Of a DNA stretch of 64,000 nucleotides, positions 49,442 through 58,150 are shown piece by piece; position 1 is the first letter of the stretch, and each line of letters begins with the position of its first letter. Under the pieces are notes generated by a model. That model searched no databases. It was not told where the DNA came from and saw only the letters and a program-made list of their open reading frames with translations. This stretch comes from Waddliaceae bacterium (GTDB lineage Bacteria; Chlamydiota; Chlamydiia; Chlamydiales; SLFE01): NCBI GenBank assembly GCA_963771045.1, contig CAVYRW010000004.1, positions 1,472,001-1,536,000 of the forward strand, read 5' to 3'. A program made the position numbers and the translations under genes.

Positions 49442-51150
49442 CTCTGTACTGGACAAAAAATTATTTCACACATGACAACCTCCTCTTTCTAAGCAGGCTA
49501 AAGGCCACAGTATCTGTTTGATTTCATTAATATTAGACCCGAGATTCATGAGAGCCCTCCGAATTATATCCAGTCCCAGTCGAAATTTGCTTTTACTCTT
49601 TCTCCCATGGGATTTCTTCCGAATGGGGGTGATCTTGGACTGGATTTCACCCGTTCTATAGGCCCAGCAGAAGGCGATAGCCAAGACAAAGAGGATTTTC
49701 TCGATCTTATCTGGATCGGTTACATGAGTATCCTCCATGCGAAAGCCGCGACTTTTAAGACACCCAAAAAGCGTCTCTATTTCCCATCGCCTTTTGTAGA
49801 CCGCTAACGCATCTTCAAAGTCATGATTCGAAACCACAATCATGGGCTCTTTCGAACCTTTTTTGCCTTTCCGAAAGGATAAATACAGCTGCAGCCCCCA
49901 TAGCTCTACCGGGACATTGAGGACTTTTTTTCTTCTTCCATAGCGTTTCAGGATTTGATGAATGGAAATCGATTCATCAGAGTCTAGCTCGAAAATCTTA
50001 TACGAGCCCTTCACACGAATAACGAATGGAATACGTGCGTCTATCAAGAAAAGAAACCAATCTTCGCCAATAAATTCTCGATCAGCAGTAAAAGCTTCGA
50101 TTTTCTCGGGTGAAAACTTTTTGAGAGTGCGCTTGAGCAGCGACACTCGGTCGTGTGTGGATGAGTTACCTTCCAAGTAAGGCGATAGCCAAGACAAAGA
50201 GGATTTTCTCGATCTTATCTGGATCGGTTACATGAGTATCCTCCATGCGAAAGCCGCGACTTTTAAGACACCCAAAAAGCGTCTCTATTTCCCATCGCCT
50301 TTTGTAGACCGCTAACGCATCTTCAAAGTCATGATTCGAAACCACAATCATGGGCTCTTTCGAACCTTTTTTGCCTTTCCGAAAGGATAAATACAGCTGC
50401 AGCCCCCATAGCTCTACCGGGACATTGAGGACTTTTTTTCTTCTTCCATAGCGTTTCAGGATTTGATGAATGGAAATCGATTCATCAGAGTCTAGCTCGA
50501 AAATCTTATACGAGCCCTTCACACGAATAACGAATGGAATACGTGCGTCTATCAAGAAAAGAAACCAATCTTCGCCAATAAATTCTCGATCAGCAGTAAA
50601 AGCTTCGATTTTCTCGGGTGAAAACTTTTTGAGAGTGCGCTTGAGCAGCGACACTCGGTCGTGTGTGGATGAGTTACCTTCCAAGTCTAATACAGACCAG
50701 AAAAAAGGGATGCTGATCCCTTTATAGGCGATTGAGAGCATCAATATGTTAATCGGGGTCTTGCCCCACTTCCAGTTCGTCCGATCAAGGATGAGCGTAC
50801 ATTTCTGATCCAGGGGAAACAATTTAAGGATGAAAGGGGCTATACAACTGAAGTCAAATGAGAAGTCAGTAAAGAATCTGCATATCCTGCGATAAGCAGA
50901 CTCTTCTTTACAATCTGTTTGGAATGCCGTCGCGATTTGTGCCAGGTTGATGGTCCGCACGCAAAACAGAGCTTGGACGATGTGGGTCAAGCAAGTGATT
51001 CTGGCCTTGTTCCAATTGAAAAAATTGGCTAGAATGGTTCTTAGTTCGCTGATGTGATTCATAAATGTACCTCGCTAGATTTGGTTTTCAACGAGTTACA
51101 ATCTCATCAGCGACATTTTTTTATCAAATCATTTTTTGTCCAGTACAGAG
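49442..51150 (-). mobile_element. IS4-family element, copy 2, with internal 508-bp tandem duplication
   Basis: Same IRs as 26291-27490; 49671-50178 repeated at 50179-50686, which breaks the transposase into 50166-51062 and 49466-50197. Confidence 0.92.
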
Positions 51151-52805
51151 AATCTTTTTTATGAATCGAAATGTCTTCTATCTGCTGCCCTAAAAAATCA
51201 GAAGTTATCTATCGACCTCGTAAACCTGAGAAAACTGTTCTTTTTGACGTCATAAAAAGACACTACAAGACATGGTACAAAAACTCTGAAAACCCCATTC
51301 CCAAATACATAGACAGAGAGTTCCACAAGTATCTGGAATGCGGCATATTAGCTAATGGATTCGCCTGTGCTCATTGTTCCGACTGCAACAGAGACATGTT
51401 CATTGCTTTTTCCTGTAAAGGACGGGGTATCTGCCCTTCCTGCAACACACGAACAATGGTTGAAACAGCTGCCCACCTTGTTGAAAATGTCATTCCCTCC
51501 ATTCCCATCAGGCAATTTGTGATCAGTTTTCCTATGCGGATTAGGCATTACCTTCAAACTTACAAAATCCTCCAGACCGTTTTAAATATTGTCATAAGTG
51601 AAATTCGAAAGAGGCTTATCATATGCAGTCCGGATATCATAGATCCGCAAATCGGCGTCATTAGCTTCATCCAGTATTTTGGAAAGACACTAAATTTCCA
51701 TCCTCATTTCCATCTTATTGTGGCTGATGGTCTCTTTAGCAAAGATGGCAGCGACCTTCTCTTTCACGAGGCCTCATTGACTCCCGATGACATTGCGGAT
51801 ACCCAGGATTGCATAAAGAAAAGAGTGCTCAGGTATTTTGGGAGGAGGGGCTGGTTTGATAAGCAGACGATAAAGCAAATGCTCTCTAATGAAAACAGCG
51901 GATTTTCTCTCGATGCTAAAGTAAGAGTACCCTCTTGGGACCGTGAAGGGTTAGAGCGACTGATAAGATACTGTGCCCGACCTAGCTTTGCGAGTGAGAA
52001 TTTGCGGTGGAATGGCCCTTGGATTCATTATCGCCTTCCTAAACCCACCCACACCGGAAAAACCTTTGTCCAGATAGAACCCCTGGAATTTATCGAGAGG
52101 ATTTCCCGATTCATTCCATTTCCCCGCCGACATCTTCGTCATTATCATGGAGTTTTTGCACCAAATTCCCCGTTAAGAAAAAAGGTGGCCGCCAGCGCTC
52201 AAAAACGCCCTGTATCCAACATACAAAAAAATTTACATGAGTCTTCGAAAAAAGTTATAAAGGTTTCTTTTGACTGGGCAAAGCTCATAGCACGTATTTA
52301 CAAAACCGATCCTTTGCTTTGTGAATGTGGCAATAAAATTAAAATTACCTCATTTGTCATCCATACAGCTGAAATCAGATGCATATTAAAACAAATAGGC
52401 TGGCTAAACGAAATCCCGAAGTTCGATCCTCCCTACCCTCCCCCTGAAATGAACATCTGCCAACTCCTGCCCTGGACTGAAGATGGTTTTTCCCTGGTAG
52501 AAGATCGCACTGCAGGAGAATGGGGACCAGATCCTCCACCCATAGATCCGCCCCATTGGACAGACAACACCGACCCACCTTTTTGGGAAGATTGAACCAA
52601 ATACGATAATCTCTTCAGAAACGATGTGATACCTTTTGCCTTAATTCACCCCCAAATCAAGACATATCTCTGCCAAATCTGAAAGAAAGCCTCAAATTAA
52701 GGATTTTGCGCTGATTATCGCTCAAAAATAAAGAATTTAATCCCACCTGTCTCGCTATACAGATAGGGATAAGGCCTTAGACATGCTTGTTTTTCCTAAA
52801 CATTA
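51151..52805 (+). mobile_element. IS91/ISCR-like rolling-circle element; 5' end abuts IS4
   Basis: Transposase plus about 210 bp downstream ending GCTTGTTTTTCCTAAACAT, similar to ISCR oriIS ends; the same end recurs at 58014. Confidence 0.8.
51171..52595 (+). CDS. IS91/ISCR-family HUH transposase with zinc-binding domain
   Basis: YLECG, CAHC, FSCKGRGICPSC, HUH motif FHPHFH, RLIRYCARP and YHGVFAPN. Confidence 0.92.
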   Translation: MSSICCPKKSEVIYRPRKPEKTVLFDVIKRHYKTWYKNSENPIPKYIDREFHKYLECGILANGFACAHCSDCNRDMFIAFSCKGRGICPSCNTRTMVETAAHLVENVIPSIPIRQFVISFPMRIRHYLQTYKILQTVLNIVISEIRKRLIICSPDIIDPQIGVISFIQYFGKTLNFHPHFHLIVADGLFSKDGSDLLFHEASLTPDDIADTQDCIKKRVLRYFGRRGWFDKQTIKQMLSNENSGFSLDAKVRVPSWDREGLERLIRYCARPSFASENLRWNGPWIHYRLPKPTHTGKTFVQIEPLEFIERISRFIPFPRRHLRHYHGVFAPNSPLRKKVAASAQKRPVSNIQKNLHESSKKVIKVSFDWAKLIARIYKTDPLLCECGNKIKITSFVIHTAEIRCILKQIGWLNEIPKFDPPYPPPEMNICQLLPWTEDGFSLVEDRTAGEWGPDPPPIDPPHWTDNTDPPFWED

Positions 52806-53128
52806 GCATTGACTGTAGGCAGTGTACTAAAAGATTTTTTCTTGTATTCTTCTGTGGGCAATCTTTTAAAAAAATCCAAAAGTCTGGGGGGAAATCGGGA
52901 AACAGATTTCGCAAATTTCGCGGGGAAGCGGTTGAGAAAAAATTCAGTTTAAAAGGGCCCTTGTCATGGGTGTTGTTAAAATCGGGAAAGCATCTTCTTA
53001 AATTCCACATGATTCTTTGAAAACATGTTAAAAAAGGGCGGTCTCTTTTAACAGCCGGACCTCTAATTTTTCTCTAGTGCTCAAAGAGAGGCAAACCGTG
53101 AACCTCCTGAAAATATGATGCGCAATCT

Positions 53129-53911
53129 TCAGAAATAATATCCTAGTCGTATCATAATCTCATTGCTATAGGCGCTAAATGAATTTTCAATTTGAAAAGA
53201 GGATCCGGGCTCGTTGACCCCATCCACCGATACAGGGGAGGAGACTCCCTGAACCCTTGGATTCATATAATTGGTATGGCTGTATTCGAGACCAAAACTG
53301 ATACATCTCGTTAGGAGTATTTCGGTACCTAACCCTAATAAGAGCCCTGTCCTGTAACCAACTTCATGAGAATGCAGATCACTGGAAACTTCAACTCCCA
53401 TGGCTTGAAAGTAGCTTGACGCAAAATCAAAGGAGAAACGCCCCCATCGAGGTCCAATCAATCCATAAACTAAAGCCCTGTTGCAAATGAGTCTGCCAAA
53501 CTTAAACATGAGCGCGAACTGATTAGTTAGCTTTATATTTGCCTCGACGGGCAGTAGAAGGTTCGTATTCAACTCAGTGACCATGCCATGAAATTTCATG
53601 TTACCGTCCCCGAAAGCAGCATCGCCGGCGAGGCCGAAAAGATAGCACTGCCGGAAAGCCATATTGTATCCGGCCCTGACCCCTCCTATGATATAATTGG
53701 TTGTCATCCTGCGACGAACTGTGAATTCTAAATTTTGCAGATCCGGAGTGATTAGATTTAACACCCCTATTGTCCCCAAGTTCGGCAACTCAACTCCAAC
53801 CCCTCCGCTAACATTAAATCCGCAAAAGGGAGCTTTGTGTTGAGAATAAGCCTCACCGAAAGTAGGCAGCAGCGAACTCAAACCAATCATTGAGAAGATA
53901 AGTCTTCTCAT
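53129..53911 (-). CDS. Outer-membrane beta-barrel protein (OmpA-TM/Omp25-like)
   Basis: Signal peptide, FCGFNVSGGVG, alternating beta-strands, GLGTE...FGLEY, C-terminal RLGYYF. Confidence 0.8.
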   Translation of the reverse strand: MRRLIFSMIGLSSLLPTFGEAYSQHKAPFCGFNVSGGVGVELPNLGTIGVLNLITPDLQNLEFTVRRRMTTNYIIGGVRAGYNMAFRQCYLFGLAGDAAFGDGNMKFHGMVTELNTNLLLPVEANIKLTNQFALMFKFGRLICNRALVYGLIGPRWGRFSFDFASSYFQAMGVEVSSDLHSHEVGYRTGLLLGLGTEILLTRCISFGLEYSHTNYMNPRVQGVSSPVSVDGVNEPGSSFQIENSFSAYSNEIMIRLGYYF

Positions 53912-54107
53912 AAACCAAACTGTCCCAACTGTTTTTTTCTTTTCCAAGACAGCTGCCATATAGTTAAAAACAAATTTTATAATTTTATACACACCGGACT
54001 CCTTGTTAATTTTCGTTGTTCTCAAGGCCTGTGGACCCGGAAGCAGCGGAGAAATTCAATAGTGACGGAGAATCCCCTTGGCCCAAGGCCGGTCTCTGCC
54101 ACAAATT

Positions 54108-55004
54108 TTAGTAATAATATCCTAATCGTATCATGATCTCGTTGCTTCGGGCGCTAAATGAATTCAAGAGTTCGAATGTGGAGCCTGGAAGCTCAACGCC
54201 ATCCTGTGATATGGCGGCGGCCGCTCCAGGGATCCCGGGGTTCATATAATTGGTATTTGTGTACTCGAGCGCAAGACTGATACATTTGGTGAGCATAAAT
54301 TCTGTTCCGAGACCCAGCAAAAGCCCCATTCTATAAGCGTCATCACTCGTTTGGAGGTCAGCTGAAAGGATTACCCCCACATTCTGACTGTAGCTTGCGT
54401 CGGTATTGAAGGACATACGCCCCCATCGAGGCCCAATCAATCCATAAATTAACGTCCTGTCGCAAACGAGACCGCCAAACTTAAACAAAAGCGCGAATTG
54501 ATTGGATAGCTTAATCGCAGTATTTGTGGGAATACCTAAACTTGAGCCTGGCTCGAATACCAAGCCCTCAAATCTCATGAGGCTGTCCCCAAAAGTCGCA
54601 TCTCCGGCAATGCCAATCAGATAGCATCGTTTAAAAACATTACTATAACCTACCCTGACTCCTCCGGCGAAAGTATTGGTTGTCATCCGGTGGTTTACAC
54701 CTAATTCTGTCTCTAGAATAGCAGGAACTGCAATATGCAGGGTGGCTTTGGTCCAATAATTTGGCATCTCGACACCGATGCCACCGCTAATATTGAAGCC
54801 GCAAAAGGGGGCGTTTGAATGAAGAGATGCGGCCGCAAAGGCGGGCGCTAAGAAACTCAAACCGATCATGGCGGCACAAATGGGTTTCAAGGATAGCCTT
54901 ATTCTAAGTTTCTTACTCTCTCTAGCAGTCTCTTTTAAAAGCGTAAAGAGCCATATTAGATTTGTACGCATATTGCCTTCCCGGTAAACATTTATCCCTT
55001 CCAA
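54108..55004 (-). CDS. Outer-membrane beta-barrel protein, tandem paralog; start uncertain
   Basis: APFCGFNISGGIG, YGLIGPRWGR, GLLLGLGTE and SNEIMIRLGYYY shared with the neighbour. Confidence 0.8.
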   Translation of the reverse strand: MEGINVYREGNMRTNLIWLFTLLKETARESKKLRIRLSLKPICAAMIGLSFLAPAFAAASLHSNAPFCGFNISGGIGVEMPNYWTKATLHIAVPAILETELGVNHRMTTNTFAGGVRVGYSNVFKRCYLIGIAGDATFGDSLMRFEGLVFEPGSSLGIPTNTAIKLSNQFALLFKFGGLVCDRTLIYGLIGPRWGRMSFNTDASYSQNVGVILSADLQTSDDAYRMGLLLGLGTEFMLTKCISLALEYTNTNYMNPGIPGAAAAISQDGVELPGSTFELLNSFSARSNEIMIRLGYYY

Positions 55005-55120
55005 GCTTATACTCTGGCAAAACAGATGTTTCTATATATAAACTGGCATCAATTTAAAATCAATTTTTAATGGACCCAAGATCCGACTTGAAAATCCTTC
55101 CAACGATTACCGCATCAACT

Positions 55121-55254
55121 TTGTATTGGTGAGTGAAACGATGAGTTTTTTGTGACTGCCGAAGCTCAGGAGATCGAAGGAAACTTAGCCAAGTTTCAGA
55201 GATCGAACTGAGTGGCGGTTACGCGAAAAGATCGAGTCTCACCCATCAATACAA
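55121..55254. repeat. About 134-nt imperfect palindromic element (long hairpin)
   Basis: TTGTATTGGTGAGTGA pairs with TCACCCATCAATACAA (G-U allowed); TTTTGTGACTGCC with GGCGGTTACGCGAAAA; apical GAAACTT-agcc-AAGTTTC. Confidence 0.7.
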
Positions 55255-55257
55255 TGT

Positions 55258-55375
55258 TCATCCTCTTCGAGGAAACCCCTCCCTTAAGGGAGGGGTATTT
55301 CAAATCCTTTGTTTTGGGAGGGGTTCAAGCCCCTCCCAAAGAAATACATTCCTCGCCCTTAAGGGCGAGGTTGAC
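55258..55375 (-). mobile_element. Putative non-autonomous IS200/IS605-type miniature element (PATE-like)
   Basis: Minus strand: GTCAAC CTCGCCCTTAAGGGCGAGG ... central hairpin ... ACCCCTCCCTTAAGGGAGGGGT TTCCTCGAAGAGGATGA; two related subterminal hairpins, no ORF. Confidence 0.55.
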
Positions 55376-55575
55376 AGGATCTTAGCCATCTGCCGCTTGT
55401 TGCGGGCAGTTTTGTCGACCGCCCCCCTGCAAATCGAAGGCTTTCAAGAATGCTTTGTCCGCAGGCTCTCCGGACCATATTTTACGACCCATATTTCTGG
55501 ATAACAGTTGTTTAAGAACGATTGACAATTACCCGGCCTTTTGTCTTTATGAAGTTGAAGACAAGGAGGTCTTTT

Positions 55576-55959
55576 ATGGTGAGCAAATCTAACAATCTGA
55601 TAATAAACCAGTTATTCTCCGGTTTTGATTTTCAGAAGACAATCGACCTGATCCCCGGCTCTGTTTTCATCAAAGACAAAGAGGGGGTGATTCTTGCCGC
55701 AAACAGCCGGTTAAAGAAAGACGCGAAAGTAGATCCTGTCGGGAAGACCGATTTTGATCTGCCCTGGAAAGAACAAGCTGAAATGTGCATAGAAAATGAC
55801 AAAAAAGTCATGAGCAGCAAACAACAGATGGTTTTCGTCGAGAAAGTCCATCTGAGCGAAGGGACAAAGACATTCATTTCAGTCAAAGCGCCTCTTTTCG
55901 ATGACAATGGGGCTGTCATAGGAATTATCGGACACGCGACAGAAGCCACAGGCGTTTGA
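55576..55959 (+). CDS. Stand-alone PAS-fold protein
   Basis: AGGAGG RBS; PGSVFIKDKEG...AN, VGKTDFDLPW, ENDKKVM and KAPLFDDNGAVIGIIG. Confidence 0.85.
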   Translation: MVSKSNNLIINQLFSGFDFQKTIDLIPGSVFIKDKEGVILAANSRLKKDAKVDPVGKTDFDLPWKEQAEMCIENDKKVMSSKQQMVFVEKVHLSEGTKTFISVKAPLFDDNGAVIGIIGHATEATGV

Positions 55960-55993
55960 TTTCAATCGTTATTTCTGACTATAAGGGGGTGGT

Positions 55994-56655
55994 ATGTACA
56001 CCCCCGAAAATTCTCACATCATCATCCACTATTTCCCCCAGCTTCTGGGAATCATTTACCTCTTTTTGTTTTGGCCCTTTTTGTTTCAGATGAAAGGGCT
56101 GTTCGGGGAAAACGGCATACTCCCGATTTCCCTCTATCTGGAACACATCAGAAGCCGGGTCGGCAGGAAATCCTATTACTACCTCCCCACGCTGTTTTGG
56201 CTTGGCTCTAGCGAAACGGCCGTTATGGCCCTCCCTATCGCGGGAACCATCCTCTCAATCCTCCTCATCTGCGGCGTCTATCCCGTCATCCTCCTCCCGA
56301 TCCTGATCATTCTTCATCTCTCCTTGACAACCGCAGGACAGGAATTTTTGAGCTTTGGCTGGGAATCGTTTTTCCTCGAGATCAGCTTCTACACCTTTTT
56401 GCTCATCCTCACCCCCTCGCCCAATCTCACGATCTGGTGGTGCTTGAGCCTGCTCCTTTTCCGCTTTCATTTCGAGGGGGGGATCAGCAAGCTTCTCACA
56501 CGCGATGTCAACTGGCGAAACCTCACCGCACTCGACTACCACTACTTCACTCAGCCGCTTCCCAACACTCAAGCCTGGTTTTTCCACAAGCTCCCCATGT
56601 GGCTTCAAAAGTTTTCCTGCCTGATGATGTTCATCATTGAAATCATAGTCCCCTT
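55994..56655 (+). pseudogene. Lipase maturation factor (LMF1) family membrane protein, truncated by an ISCR end
   Basis: GENGILP, FLSFGWES..LE, LLFR...GGISK and LTALDYHYFTQPLPN; family similarity stops at about 56655, where the inverted ISCR end begins. Confidence 0.88.
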
Positions 56656-57210
56656 ATGTATAGGAAGATCAAGCATGTCTAAGCTCTTATACCCGTTTGG
56701 ATGGTCAGACGGGCGGGCTTAAATTCCTTTATTATTGAGCGATAAACAGTCAATTTTCTTCAAATTCGTGTTTTTTTCCTGATTTGTTAGAGATACGTCA
56801 TGATTTTGGGAGAAATTAGAGCAAAAGGTATCACTTCGCTTCTGAAGCGATTATCGTATTTGGTTCAATCTTCCCAAAAAGGTGGGTCGATGTTGTCTGT
56901 CCAATGGGGCGGATCTATGTTTGGAGGATCCGGGCCCCATTCTCCCAGAGTGCGATCTTCTACCTGGGAAAACCCATCCTCAGTCCATGGTAGAAGTTGG
57001 CAGATGTTTATTTCAGGGGGAGGGTAGGGTGGATCGAACTTCTGGATCTCGCTCGGCCAACCTATTCGTTTTAATATGCGCCTGATTTCAGCTGTATGGA
57101 TGACAAATGAAGAAATTTTAATCTTTTTTCCGCATTGACAGAGCAATGGATCGGTTTTATAAATACGTGCGATGAGCTTAGCCCAGTCGAATGAGACCTT
57201 TATAACCTTC
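56656..57210 (-). mobile_element. Inverted 3' fragment of a diverged ISCR/IS91-like element
   Basis: Encodes a variant C-terminus (...DPPFWED); minus strand ends GCTTGATCTTCCTATACAT, oriIS-like. Confidence 0.85.
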
Positions 57211-58014
57211 TTGCGGTGGAATGGCCCTTGGATTCATTATCGCCTTCCTAAACCCACCCACACCGGAAAAACCTTTGTCCAGATAGAACCCCTGGAATTT
57301 ATCGAGAGGATTTCCCGATTCATTCCATTTCCCCGCCGACATCTTCGTCATTATCATGGAGTTTTTGCACCAAATTCCCCGTTAAGAAAAAAGGTGGCCG
57401 CCAGCGCTCAAAAACGCCCTGTATCCAACATACAAAAAAATTTACATGAGTCTTCGAAAAAAGTTATAAAGGTTTCTTTTGACTGGGCAAAGCTCATAGC
57501 ACGTATTTACAAAACCGATCCTTTGCTTTGTGAATGTGGCAATAAAATTAAAATTACCTCATTTGTCATCCATACAGCTGAAATCAGATGCATATTAAAA
57601 CAAATAGGCTGGCTAAACGAAATCCCGAAGTTCGATCCTCCCTACCCTCCCCCTGAAATGAACATCTGCCAACTCCTGCCCTGGACTGAAGATGGTTTTT
57701 CCCTGGTAGAAGATCGCACTGCAGGAGAATGGGGACCAGATCCTCCACCCATAGATCCGCCCCATTGGACAGACAACACCGACCCACCTTTTTGGGAAGA
57801 TTGAACCAAATACGATAATCTCTTCAGAAACGATGTGATACCTTTTGCCTTAATTCACCCCCAAATCAAGACATATCTCTGCCAAATCTGAAAGAAAGCC
57901 TCAAATTAAGGATTTTGCGCTGATTATCGCTCAAAAATAAAGAATTTAATCCCACCTGTCTCGCTATACAGATAGGGATAAGGCCTTAGACATGCTTGTT
58001 TTTCCTAAACATTA
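57211..58014 (+). mobile_element. Direct 3' partial copy of the ISCR element (matches 52002-52805)
   Basis: 804-bp repeat including the oriIS-like end; translation identical to the full copy. Confidence 0.9.
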
Positions 58015-58034
58015 ATTTTTTGTCCAGTACAGAG
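58015..58034. mobile_element. Solo IS4 terminal inverted repeat
   Basis: ATTTTTTGTCCAGTACAGAG. Confidence 0.85.
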
Positions 58035-58150
58035 AAAGAAGTCAAAGCCAGCGAAATCTTTCAAGAACGAAATCTTTCAAAACAAGCCTGCTGAAAAGGA
58101 GCCAATCATTTATTATCGGTAAAATTTTTAAAAAAAGAGTGGAATAATCC

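Noticed and set aside
53080..53110. GGCAAACC resembling a c-di-GMP-I riboswitch
   Set aside because: The second conserved element and stems are absent, and it lies downstream of convergent genes.
55121..55440. CRISPR array or integron attC array
   Set aside because: The hairpins are not regularly spaced identical repeats with unique spacers, and no cas or integrase gene is in the window.
57172..57804. 210-aa ORF as an independent gene
   Set aside because: Chimeric read-through from the inverted ISCR fragment into the partial direct copy; it lacks the HUH motif and the RYCARP tyrosine.
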